This document shows positions 11,935 through 25,053 of a DNA stretch of 64,000 nucleotides, piece by piece. Location: assembly GCA_964276515.1 (NCBI GenBank), contig OZ193909.1:15314001-15378000 (forward strand), written 5' to 3'. A program made the position numbers and the translations under genes. Positions within the stretch are counted from its first letter, which is position 1. Each line of letters begins with the position of its first letter. The stretch is from Gordius albopunctatus (Eukaryota). The notes below the pieces were generated by a model. The model ran no database searches and had not been told where the DNA came from. It saw only the letters and a list, made by a program, of their open reading frames with translations.

Positions 11935-13529
11935 TATCCTTCACTAACTCTTTGCGTACACTAATTAACAACCGTTCAACTGATTTTCCGTCATTATATT
12001 AATCATATAATTTAACTTTCAAATTAAGCATTATCTGTCTAAAACATGTTTTAAATGATTTGCTAATAAAATTTTGAGTATCCATATAAATTCAAATTTG
12101 GTGGTAGAAAATGAATGGTTTAATACACAAGCGCAACTAGTAATCTCATATTAATATTCAATTTCAACAATAAAAATTTAAATTATCCTGTAATTTTGCC
12201 ACTGAGTTTTGTTATTAATTAATGTTAGGTTTATATAATGGGGGAGGGGGCATAAGACAAAAAGATACTAATTTTTAAGATATTTGTATAATTTTTTTTG
12301 TTCCATTCGGGGGGGGGGGGAGCCCTACCCTTTCACAACAAATAAATGATTCTCTTTCCATCGGCTAAAACTTTTCCTGGCTTTAATAAAATATCGAACT
12401 CATCTGTCTTCAGGCATTTAAATTTATTTATCAAAAAAGTGCTTATACTTTTAGACAATTATATTGTTTCCATTAAATATCCAACTCTGTGGATTTCAAA
12501 ACCCCTCGGGCTAGATATTTTTGCTCAAGACCTTTGGAGCATTTAAAGGATTGCTACTAGCTTCCGCTAATATATTTTTTGGACTCTCTTCCATTAATTT
12601 ATTAAAACTTATTATTCTGCTTAAACCAAACCATTCGCTCAACTGCCCTATTAGTCTTGACTATGTCAGCCTAAAATTAGCTTTACATTCACCGGCAAGC
12701 AAGGGTTAAAACATGGAAATTAACCATACACGTGCCTTTGCTCCACATACATTTAAATTTTTTAGGTTTACCACAAATAAGGACATTTCAGTCTCTAAGA
12801 TAAATTTATTTAGCGTTTTAACCACATATTAAAAAAAACTGATTGTTTTATAATATGAGACTAGATTACGACCTTTTTAATAGAAAATTTTGAGTTACTT
12901 CATTTCTACATCCGATCTTAAAAACAATGTACTTGGACTAAACTCGAACAAGACGATAATGTTAGAGAAAACACTTTAAGAAATTCATTAATTGATTTCC
13001 TAGAAGAAAACCAAAATCTACTAGCATAGATTCTTCAATATTCAAAATCGGAATCATCCCTTTAATGCACACCTATCTTTATAATAAATTAATCATATAA
13101 ATTCTATAAAATATTTTCTCATTAAAATAAATATTTATTAACTTTAATCTCCCTCAACTATCTAGCGCCCCCGTCAACGATATTTATTCAAAGACACACG
13201 TTTATTTGATGAAAATATTGAAAGTATTATTCTATTTAAATCGAATCATTTTTTTATTCTTAATAAATTTGATACAATATTTGGATTGACTGATGTAGCT
13301 AGTTCCTTTAGGTCATGAATTGGAAATTATCTTCAATTACTTTTAAAATAATTTAATTGTATGAGTAACAACTATTTTTAAAAAAAACTTTTTAACCATT
13401 AAAAAATTGTAACTTTTTATTAAATGAAAGATGCTTTTAAATAACTTTTTCACTTACTAAATGCAATGTAAAAGTCTAGATATTGATTTCTTAATACTCA
13501 TTTTCATTATTTATATAAGCGAATAAAGG

Positions 13530-16500
13530 TTATAATTGTATTTCAGGATAAAGATCCTTTAACGCTACAACGTTTTTGTAAAAATTATTCCATTTCGGTA
13601 TAAATGTCAATTCTGCCTTATTCATACGACGCTTGGCTCTTTTCTTTTGCCATATATCCAGCACTTCCAAAATATCCATTAAATCATCATTTTGCGTGGT
13701 ATATAGCTGTTCATCAGCCACTTTTAGGATACCATTCTCACAAAATTCCGTAGGTGATTGTATTTTAAAGGGGAATTCAATCGGTTGGTCGAGTTTGTCG
13801 AGACAATTTGCGTCAAATTTCGTAGCAAAATCGAGGACATTTTTACTAGTCGTGTCAACTTTATCTAAAGCCTTAGCCGTCTCTGGACTCACCTCTCCTC
13901 GGTTTCCATTCATAAAGTTAAACGAATTCGTTGATTCAGAGTGAAATGTTCCAGGTACGTATTGAAAAGAAGACTTTTTAGTAGCGTTCATTGAGCAAAC
14001 TAACTTTTCGCTATTTATATCGTTTTCATGTTTTCTACTTTCGTCCATATCTTGTGACATTCCACGTGTTTGTTTAATCAAAGCGTTAAAATAATTAGCG
14101 ATCGTGCCACCGTTTAATGTGGGCAAATTTGGGTAGGTAGAGGATTTAAATGATTCCATAAGTTTGAAATATAAGTTTTCGCACAAATCCTTTTCCAGCG
14201 ACGACTTAAATATAAGGTTAAAACCTAACTCGGGTGATGATGCTACGTTACTTTCCCCTTGACACTTGTAATTTTTCATCCTTTCAACCGACCGTATTGA
14301 GACCAAACCTTCTTTAATATGGTAGAATAAACCCTTGGAAATGAGTATACCCGATAACTCTAATAATAAAAAGCTTAGGCAAGCTAATTTGAAAGACCAT
14401 CCCAAGTTGTAAACTTTATCTCCGGCACGGGTATATGTGGAAGAAAGCTTTAGAGCTTGTATGGCGATCATCATGTCGTCCCTTTCCAGTTGAAATTCTA
14501 GTTCATCTTCGTCAATCATTTTATCGTCTAGGGCGATGATAAGGTTGCGTTTTAAAGTTATTTCGTTTTCCATCTTTGAGATGATTATGATCATGCCCAA
14601 AAATAATACCAAACCTAATAAACAAATTTTATATATAGATTGTTAGTGATGCGGGAAAACCGAGAAAAATCTCGAGACGAGATTTTGAAAAATTGAGTCG
14701 AGATCGAGACGAGAATTTTGACCTCGAGACGAGACGAGATTTTATCGGCGAGATCTCGACTTTAATTTTTATCTATTAAGTCTTCATTTAGCTAATTAAG
14801 AATTTTTATTTTATGAGATTTAAATTTAGGGTATTTAATGCAAATTAATATGATTTTGAAACTTTTGATAGTAATTACTTACGCAACTAAATATCCGCTT
14901 CGCGCAAATTTCAAATTTGCATTATAATCTTAATAGACATAGTGTTAGTAGCCCTTAGGGTATTTGTTACTTATTTTTATAGCTTATATAATATAAAATT
15001 ATTTAGACCTATAATGTGTTTATGCGCAACAAGTTCATCATCCAACACAAAAAAGAGCAAGCTGCTCAAACATTTCACAGTATTCAAGGATGAATAAAAT
15101 AAAATGGAGAAGTGTAAATTGTGCTTTAAAGAAATTTTTTATATTAAGTTATATATGTGCAATTAACGGAAGATCTCAAAACTGTTATGTTCTTCCAACA
15201 AAAATGCCTATTTTATTGTATTTACAATGTTGAGATAATTACTTGTTATTAATAATGATATCTTCAAAAGTTTCATCTCGCATTTTTGTCATTATTTTAA
15301 CTTTATTATATAAGATCTCAATAAATTCATTATGTTAAAATATGATGATATTATTAAACTTTATCCTTTTATTGAGCCTTAGCCAGGAAATGAAAGTTAT
15401 TGTTTAGCAACTTTATACCTTCGAGGCAAGTAGTATATCTAACACCTCCAATAATGCTTCCTGTCTTAAGATACCCATCTAGCTTGTGTTTTGGGGTTTG
15501 AGATAAAAAATTCGTTCTATTATGACCAATTTATATCTTAGATAATAATTTATAAGAGTCAGAAAAAAATATATGGTACAATTATTTTTAAAATTCGAGA
15601 TTTTAATAATTGCACCCGAGACGAGACGAGATTTTGCTTTCGAGACCGAGACGAGATCGCAACACTATAGATTGTGGGTATCCTTACACACACAAAAAAA
15701 TGTTTATAAGCCTTAGTGCCTTCAAAATCAAATAAGCTGCATTTGAAAGTTTAGATTGCCTTTAAGTTACTATTAGCTTGGTGAACTAAATTACTCAATA
15801 ATTATGGATCATTATTTAATTCAGTCCTTTACAATTAGGGAGACCGAGGAAAGGATAACCATAAAAAATTAAATAGCGTTTTAGAAGAAGAAAATTATTT
15901 TCTAAATTTTTCCCTTGTATGTATTTTTGTTAAGTTTAGATAGTTTGTTTAAATATTGCGTTTAAAAAACTACAAAATTCTACAGTTTTAAAATGTCTGG
16001 AGCACGTCATAGCTTTGTTCAGGTGATAGAATAGCTTAATATTTCGCTATTTTTTGTAAAACGATTAATTTATATGAAAATTATTGAAACTCAAACGCAT
16101 ATTCTACCCATTACACTTATAAAATTAGTCAATAGGACAACCTGACTTATGTACCCATAAAAGAAGGACACTACAATGGAAAAGTCCTTTAAAAGAATAT
16201 TAATGTATAATCATTATTTCTCTTCCAAATTACAACAAGTTAAAATATTAAGCGAAGTTTTTAAATCTTTCATTCTTAGGTAAAATACAATGAGAAATGA
16301 CTAGCACTAGAGAGAGACTCTCACTAGCCCCGACAAATAATAATATAACATCTTGTTTTCAAATAAAAATTGAATTATTGAGCGGTTTTTATAGAAAAAA
16401 TTGGCCGTCATAGGATATAACTCAAATTTGTTTGAAATATACAACCAAACAAATTTTATGTGCAAAATAAAAAACCAAAAACCGTTTTTTCTTTTAAAAT

Positions 16501-19500
16501 TTTTTTAATCTTATTTTTTCGAAACAATAATTTTTTTATTTACATTTACTAACAAAAACATATAAAAATGTTATTGTACTCAATCATTTTAAAGAATAAT
16601 TAATAAGATACAAGAGCCCCGCGCTATAACTAGCCCCGGTCTCCCTTCTATATCAATTTATAAGCTGACTGATTTCAAAATCATATACCCATAATTAATA
16701 ACTAAATTTTAAATCTAATTATTTTTCATATTTGTGTTTTACAATAGTTCAACCATTTAGTTATATTTAAACATAAAATACACGATGCCTTCAAGAGATA
16801 AAAAAAAGGGTTCTGTCGGTCGGTCATATAATATACCTGCCATAATAAATAACGTGGAACTGACGACATTGTAGGGATCTTTCTCTTTACGAAGCCAAAG
16901 AATATAGGAAAGTGTAGCTATTAAGGCAAATATTAGGCTAGGTGTAGGGAATATGAAAGCCGTTTTCATAGAATCTACATGATTAACAAAGTTTTAAAAA
17001 ATTATTATCATATACTAGTGTGTGTGTCATACAAATATAAAACTTATTCTCGTTGATTTGTAATCGGGCACTTTTTTTGGACGACTGACAATATTAATAA
17101 AAAGTTACATTAACATTTTTATAGGTTATTAAATCTAATTTATCGTAAATAAGCACACGCTAGATACTAATAAAAAGGGAAGGGTTTTAGTAAGATTCGA
17201 TAATTTTATTAACTTAACTTGTTACAATACTGTCTTCATAATTCGATATTCGTCCATAAGTTCGGAGACCAATATGACTTATATAGTCTAGTCAACCTAT
17301 TCATAGCATAAAACATTAATTGTGCTAATATTAATGCCTCCTAATAAATTGCCATATATTATGGACTTACAATCACTTTTTTGCTATTTTTTCTATCTTT
17401 ACATGATTTTAATAATATAATACTAATTTTGTTCATATGATGCAACTTAGGGCCTATATCATTTATTAAATCGTAAAAGTCATATGCTGTAACAACATTT
17501 TATTGCGATTCTATATGTAGTTATGTCTTTACTACGCCTCTGGATTTCGAATCGAATCGAATATTTTTGATATTCGATTCGGATTCCATTTTTTTTCAAA
17601 AAAAATATTCGATTCGAGATTCGTCGAATATTAAAATTAAGATTCGAATTCGATTCGAAAAAAATTTAAGGATTCGAATTCGATTCGAATATATATCAAC
17701 ATTTTTTAAATCAAAATTTAAATTCAAAAAAGACTAACTGTGATTTTTATTGCATATATATTTAAAAAATTTATTCAAAAATCTTTAAGAGTACACACAT
17801 TGAAAATAAAAAGATAAAAGGCGAACAAAAGATTAAAGCGATATGAGTAAAACAATCAACAAATATTTTTTAGCCAATTTTTAAGACTAATTATTTTCCT
17901 AACACTTTCTTCCTTAAAGGATTGCTTGTATTTCGTCAATAAATTTGTACCAGTTGAGAACATTTTTTCGCAGGGGGTAGATGATCCTGGTATGGAAAAG
18001 AAGATTTTTTGCAATTTTTTGGATGGCTGGAAAACGACGTTGATTCGATTTCCACCATTGTAAAGGCTCAACATTGGAGGCCACCCGTGGTTCGTTTAAA
18101 TATGTCTCCAATGGAGACTTCGCGTTCATATCACTTTTAAATAGACGATCGAGGGCTGATACCTCGCTAGTTGGGACAAAATCAAGCTGACTTCCTATAG
18201 CAGCTTCCAAGTCATCTTTAATTTCGCTATAAGATATGTCGTGTATTGGTGATAAACACTCAAAATATTGAATTTTGAGTCTTGGATCGACGACACTCGC
18301 TAATAAGGCTATTTTCTTATTAAATGCCATATATTTTTCAATTTTCTGCTTAGCCATTTTAACAGCATGATCTTCTACGGTGGCGAAAGTTTCTATAAGT
18401 TAGTAATATACGGGTAATACTAAATTCATCGTGGGATATTGCTCCCCGGATATTAAATTAGTGGCACTGTAAAAGGGAAAAAGTAGGAATTTACGCCTTT
18501 CAATTTCTTCCCATTCGACGTTGGATAATAATTCCTCTTTGTAGAATTTAAAGGCTAAATCGTCCAATGCCTGCCTCATTAAAATAGCCTTTTCAATCAT
18601 TATGTAGGTGCTATTCCACCTGACTGCCATGTCGAGTTTCACCTTTATGTAATTGATAGGCGGGTCAAATTCTTTGCAAATAGTCTTTATTCGTGATATA
18701 TTTTTGTGCTGTCTGGCTATTTTTATCAAGGTCCTTAATTAAATTAAATTACGATCTACATTCTCCATAACCTGTTTAGCTGCTAGGTTTATGATGTGTC
18801 CCATACAGCGAACACCCACAATATTTAACGAGGGGTATTTACTTGAGAGGACCTCAATAAATGAAACATTATTCCTGGCATTATCTAAGGTAATTGAACA
18901 ATCGTTCAAGCTGATGCCATTATTGTTTAATATTGTTAGAAAAACATCACATATGTTTTCTCCTGAATGTTTATCAATAAATGGATGGCAATCTACTAAA
19001 ATATTTTCTAGCTCCCATTTATCATTAATAAAATGACATGATAATGCTAGGAATGGGACCCCAATGGGAGATGACCATATGTCAATGGTGTAATTCAATT
19101 TTAAACAAACTTGTGATAATTTTAATTTAATTTGTTTTGATGTTTCTATATAGACTTCGTCTAAATATTTTTTCATTATATCTGATGTATAAATCTGCAT
19201 AGTTGTACTTCTAGCCCATTGAATTTTTTTAAAATTTATTAAAATTTAAGCTGTTTAAGGCTTTCAATGATATATTACATTCTACCATCCATTTTAACAA
19301 ATAATGCTTATCATCATATTTAGGATTTAAATATTTTTGAATATTTTCATTTTCATCCTTAAGGGGCTTTGTATGGAAACTTTTATAGTGCTTATTTAAA
19401 GCTGAAGTCGTTCCTGATTTGTTGTATACGAAGACTTTAAAGCAATGGTTGCAAGTTGCTTTATTAAGTGATTTGTCATGGGTGAAATGGTCCCATATTA

Positions 19501-22177
19501 TAAATTTTTTTCTTTTTATCTCTTCAACATCAAAATTATCTAAATGTAACTAACAATATAAATAGGAATTAAAAAACATGTTAAAATATTATAGAAAAGT
19601 AGGGGAGACTAAAGCTATATCTTTACCGAGATCATACATGCCCTCATAAATAATTCACTTTTGGCCAAAAGAATCAATGGCCAAAATTCTAATTCTAATA
19701 GTGAGATGTTTAAAATGTATATTTGGGAATGAATATTTTAGATTTTTCTACCAATATTAAAATAATTATTGATTGAAACAAATAAAAATAAGTATCAAGA
19801 GTTCCAATATATATTATATACATTTATAGTATAAGGATTAATTTATTAATTAAATGCAAATTAATACTATTGCCTAATTACAATATAGAAAATGAGGATC
19901 CTAACCTTGTTTTTACACTATTTTCATGTTAATAATTAACCTAAATAAATAAAGTATTCATAAATGTTTTATAGCAGTATATTGTTGCAAAATTTGTTAT
20001 TATAAACTTACCAAAATTAGAATTAGAAGACATCTCTAAATATATTAAAGTTTAAAGTTTAAAATATTTAAATTTAGCGTATCAAGCAGGAAAATAACTA
20101 AAATGCGGTACGAAAAAACAGCTGAATAGTTACGTCCGCTTCTGTATTTAAATTTAAATTCAAAAAATCAAATTTATGATTTTTTAAGGATTCGATTCGG
20201 ATTTTAGAATCTTAGCAATTAAATATTCGATTCGAATCGAATCTCGAATATTTCCCAGAGGCGTAGTCTTTACCTGATAGTGAAGTTGACTTGGATGATT
20301 CTTCATTTCCACTCGATAACTGGTGCACGAACATACAACTTTTATCGTGCATGTGGACTAAAATTGTCATAAAATCGGAAATTATAATTTGATTATACAT
20401 ACTACTAAACTAGAAATTTAATTTAACAAACGCGTCACGCACCATTTTTATTTTAGCCATCTTGACAAATTACAAATAATTTCTTTATTCAATATTTTTG
20501 TTATAATAAAAAGCCTTCTTAAGAATGGATCCAAAGATTAATCCTGATTTTTTAAATTAGGTAGGTATAAAGCAAGGTCCTAAAAGCATGCTCAAAACCC
20601 GATCATAGTAGCTTATTTCGATATACACCAGTATTTTGCCGTGCATTTTTAAAATAAAGTAAGTATCAGAGGTCAGATTTAATTGTATTTTTCTGTCCGA
20701 ACCCTGCCTGATCTGATTTCATAATTAAACTGCCCACCAGAGCCCGCCCGATCTCTTCTATGCGTCCGCCCGAAAATGCCCGAATTCTAAGAGCTGCGTA
20801 TTTTCAATTCAGCACTAATATTGTTATATTTTTTAAAAAATTCTGCTTCAATCTTATATTTTTTTGGGATGAGAACTAGGATTAACAAACTTTATACAAT
20901 CAAAGTGACAAAGTTTACACAAAATAAAATACATTATTTCAAAAACACCATGGAGTCCGAATTGCCCGAGTCTTGTTATGGTGCCCGCCCGAGTCGGCCC
21001 AACATTCAAAATTTATGGCAGTTGCGTCCCGCAGCGGGCCGAGCTTTCCTGATCTCTGGTAGGTATTACAGATATTTTTTTGATGCGATGGTATATTTCA
21101 TAATTTGAAATATGATGATTCGTGTTGCAAAGTCTAATTAGTTTAATTCACATTGATATTAAGGCCATTTATCAAAAATAACCTCAACCTAATTGCCATC
21201 ATTCATAACTTAATTGCAACAGTTTATTGTGAAGATTACCGAAAATTATTCGCAGATAACAAAGCTTCCAAAAATGGTTAAAGGTATAAGCAAAAAAAGA
21301 TATAATAAGAAATCTTTTTTATAATTCAACTTTTTTTTATTTATTTATTTCATACGAACAAAATTTCTAAATAATAAATGATTTGTAGTAAAAAAATCCA
21401 TATTGTATTTTTTAGTATTTGTCAATATAAAAAATTTAATGGACCCGTCCTTTTACTGTTTTTGACGACGTTGAAAACTATTTTAAACACCTCGATGACT
21501 AATCTCGATCATTGTGAAAGTATGCTATAATACTTCATTATTTTTTTTTGAAATTTATAAAATTTTTGACCTTTTTAATCATACTTATCTTTTTGATAAA
21601 ATATAATTTTAACAGTTTTGTATTTTTATATATTAGCTATTATATTGTAATAAAATAAAAAATATTGATTACCTAAAGTTAGGTTATCCAGATCAATGAC
21701 TAAATCCGTTTCACACCAAAACCACAAACCATACTTAGTGTAAATCATACAAAGAATATTTGAGTTTTTCTTATTTATCGTTGATTTATTATCGTACAAT
21801 TTTGCGGTGTCGGGGATATTAGTAGCAGCTGATGATGATATATTAGAATTTGGATTTAGTGACACCCCCATATTAGGAAGAGCGTTAGGTTTGATATCTT
21901 TCAAATTTAGTGGAATGAAGTTTAAAGTATGACTTGGATCACTTTTTTCTAAAATTTGAATCCAATCGTTTGTCGAAATGGAAACCAGAAGACTTGTTAA
22001 TGACATAATGACAATCAACTTGTTCAAGTATAACTTGACTAACTTCAGCATCCCGTATTCCAGATGTCGCAGACCGCTCCATAGAGTCTCACCTTTATCG
22101 ATATCATTTTGTGTGTGATTTTGATTGTCCGAATTGTCTTTAGCAATTGTCGTGATCTCGCGTTTGCTCGGGCACAT
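13530..22177 (-). CDS. PMP-22/EMP/claudin superfamily tetraspan protein, stargazin/CACNG(TARP)-like, ~603 aa
   Basis: Exons 22177-21673, 20357-20274, 16974-16837 and 14614-13530, all GT-AG and phase-consistent (1812 nt). Motifs STNDW...YGLWFWC...C in the first loop and YNLGWSFKLACLSFLLLELSGIL in TM4; four hydrophobic segments and a long C-terminal tail. Confidence 0.85.
14644..15667. mobile_element. hAT-type MITE in intron 3 of the claudin-like gene
   Basis: TIR TAGTG(A/T)TGCG, perfect 8-bp TSD TAGATTGT (14636-43, 15668-75), CGAGA subterminal repeats. Confidence 0.88.
15838..16646. mobile_element. Degenerate pogo-type MITE (GGGAGACCG TIR family)
   Basis: TAGGGAGACCGAGG...GCCCCGGTCTCCC ends; internal similarity to 4776-8621 in inverted orientation. 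Confidence 0.75.
17533..20265 (-). mobile_element. hAT DNA transposon with disrupted transposase
   Basis: 11-bp TIR TACGCCTCTGG, perfect 8-bp TSD GTCTTTAC and TTCGA subterminal arrays. Protein motifs: BED finger IWDHF...CNHC...TTSALNKH (~19500-19385), TIDIWS, TLDNARN, RCMGHIINL, VRWNSTY and the dimerisation-region motifs PLQWWK and STPCEKMFS. Confidence 0.95.
17856..19500 (-). pseudogene. hAT (Ac-like) transposase broken by stops and frameshifts
   Basis: ORF pieces 18739-19200, 18400-18729, 17914-18357 and 17856-18074, plus the upstream BED finger. Confidence 0.9.
20667..21058. mobile_element. hAT-type MITE in intron 1 of the claudin-like gene
   Basis: TIR CAGAG(G/A)TCAG; near-perfect 8-bp TSD GTAAGTAT/GTAGGTAT; GCCCG subterminal repeats. 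Confidence 0.8.
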
Positions 22178-22731
22178 ATTCGATCTTGACTATTTACAAC
22201 TCATGTTCTCAATGTATTAAAAAAGTTTTTGTCATTTAACTCGGCGCTTTGATTTTATGTCTTTATTCGGGTAGGTGTTCAATGTAATACGAATTATTGG
22301 AATTTAACGATAAATCAATACATTCATTTTAAACCATCTCTTAGTCTGTCGTCGTAGATTGGTTTTATTACAAGCGTGATTGTAAAAATATTGCGATGCT
22401 CACGTATTCCATGGTGGACAATATTAAAAAGGGGTTTGGACAATATATTGGATATACCAAAAAGTATTGATCTTGTTTAGCGTTATATACGCGTAATTAC
22501 ATTTGCTCATTTATCGTTAAACTACACCATATATTTTATCAGAGAGCGCAATAATCAAAGAAATTCGGTGAACTTTGTTTTAAGGAAATTCTTGTTGATA
22601 GCTATAAAATGCAAAGACACTTATTGATTATTGTAAATAATTATAACTAATATAAATATTAAAAATTCAAGTGTTCTAATAATAAAAAAAACTAATCACA
22701 TATTTAGATGTACCTATTCTACAACTCAGTA

Positions 22732-23929
22732 GGGGAGACCGGGCTATATGTGTCTTGGGGCTATACATATCTTCTCGATTAATTTTAATGTTATTAATTT
22801 TTACCTAGTCAAATTTATATATAAAATGTACTTTATAAAGGCGCATTTCAGGAATAAAAAATTTTTTTGGGGCTAAAAGCTCCTTTTTTAATTTAGCTTT
22901 TTTGTTAATAACTTTTTAACTATCAGTTCTTTAGAACCCAAACAAGTTTTAGGTGATAGAGTATAAATTTTTGTATAATAAATTGATAGGAATCAACAAT
23001 TTAGTTATAAATAACTCCGTCATACCAACACCCAAAGAAATATTTTAACCATGGGTCTATTGTGACCGGGGCTATAATTGCCCTTTTATTCATTGATATA
23101 TTCAAAATAATGCAATTAAATAAGTGCGAAACAAATCATGGGCGTTAATATAAAGATAAAAATTGGTTGGGCAGGGGGGCAGCTGCCCCTCCCCTTTTCA
23201 ATTCATAAGTTTCTATATATTTAATGAATTTATGGTTAAGTTTTAAAAATCCTCATTCTACCCCCTCATATTAAATCATATCCGGACTTTTACCCCCGCC
23301 CCCCACCTTTTATTTAATTTCTGCCTTCGCTTTGCCCATGAAAAGAAAAATCAAGTCTATTAATCAAAGAAACAAAAAATTAGTTAAGGTATAATAGCCA
23401 AACAAACTTTGCCACTCCCTCTATGAAAAATATACGAAAAAACCGAAGTTGCTGAAAAAAATCGAAAAAAAGAAATATTATTGCAGTGCATGCAAAGACC
23501 ATAAATTTAACATCAGAATGAAGACGGATTTACATGCAAAGGTTGCTCAATGTGAGCCCATCGATCTTGCTGCAATCATGATATTTTTATGTGTAAAATA
23601 TTTGTTTAAAATAAAAAACAATGTATACAATAAGTATATGCGATATTTTTGCTAATTTATAGTTGTTTTAACGTTATTTGAATGTTTTCATAAGTAAAGT
23701 AACAAAAAACTACTAAGGGTATTATAGTCCCGCTTTTTGATTTCTAGAAAATGCGTTTTTTCCAAACCTCTCTGCAATTAAAAATATGGATTGTTATAGT
23801 GTGAAAAAATTTTCTTAGATAGAATTAATGACTAAAAACATTCTTATAAAAAAATTTCTTTAAAATAGTTTAAAAATTTTTGTCTAGGGCGCTTTAATTT
23901 TTTATGGCTACGATAGCCCCGGTCTCCCC
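22732..23929 (+). mobile_element. pogo-type deletion derivative with PHD-finger relic and a nested short MITE (~23137-23340)
   Basis: TIR GGGGAGACCGGG with TA TSD. Translation across a frameshift at ~23475-23595 gives YYCSAC...EDGFTCKGCSM*AHRSC...FMC, a PHD-like pattern as seen at the C-terminus of some pogo transposases. Confidence 0.82.
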
Positions 23930-24382
23930 TACATCCAAATCGATTGTTATTTAAAAGTATATAAATTTTTATGAAATCTAAAATCGACATTGAAGGGAAA
24001 ATTTGCTAAAGATTTATATTTTTTGAATGTCTCTTTAAAAAATGAAAAGTTGTATAAAATATTGTGTTATAATATATGTAATATGTTTATATAAAATATA
24101 ATATTGATCAAAATTAGTCTACAATATTATTTACCATAGAAACTAAAATCATTGAAAAATGACAAACCCTATGTCAAAATATAGTAAAAATTAAATAGCG
24201 CTATGCTTACTAAGTTTTAGATATCGGCTTTTATTTTTTGGACCTTCAACAATACATCGACTTATTAATGCATCATAGTTCAAATTATATAGAAAACTGC
24301 ATTCAATAAATACATATATCAGCTCTTATGCCTGTATAGCCTAGGGTCACTCCTCATCCAAATCCTTTATATAAAATTATAT

Positions 24383-25053
24383 AAAACTCGGGCCTTCGGC
24401 CCTCGTGGTAAGCGGAAGGGGGCAATGGGAGTAGGGGAAGGGAAGGGGGAACTCTTCTATACTCTGTATAAAAGTAACATATTTGCTATGCAATTTATGG
24501 GCGAGAAAGGTGGGAAGGGGCGAGAATCTCTATGGGGGGGGGGGGTATTAAATGCAAAATAATTGGACTGACGAGCATAGGGTAAATATCAATGGTAACC
24601 AATTTAAAAAAAAAACGAAAAATAAAATTTCGAATCACAAATTTGGCCAATGGTCATTTTTTCAAATAGTTAATAATATAATAACATCTTCAAGATTTGT
24701 TAGAACGTTCACATGGATTCGAACCCACATTAATAGAGACATAGGATTTTGCAGGGGCACAGGGATCCATATCAGTAGAGGCATAGGCCCTTGTCGTGGA
24801 GGGCATATGGTAATTATCAACGTTACCGAATTCAAAAACGAAAAATTAAAAATTTGGATTTATTTGGCCTATGGTCATTTTTTTCATTGGTCAGTAGCCT
24901 GCGGACGGTCAAAAAGTCATATTATCAATGGTATTAACAAGAACAAAATATTAATTTAATTTAAAAAAAAAATAAAAAAATTTTGTCCTCTCCGGGTCTC
25001 GATCCCCAACCTGCAAGACAACAAAAAACGAGCCCATAAATTGCATAGCAATT
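24383..25053 (-). mobile_element. Helentron-associated (HINE/DINE-1-type) non-autonomous element
   Basis: 20-bp subterminal inverted repeat TTGCTATGCAATTTATGGGC (24483-24502 / 25032-25051) and a terminal stem-loop GGGCC-TTC-GGCCC (24390-24402). The centre holds ~1.5 units of the 240-bp repeat. Confidence 0.75.

Noticed and set aside
12340..12770. Possible coding relic (ORFs 12346-12546 and 12521-12709)
   Set aside because: No motif I can identify with confidence.
13530..14612. Stand-alone intronless 360-aa orphan gene
   Set aside because: It starts at TTG just after a splice acceptor and is the last exon of the claudin-like gene.
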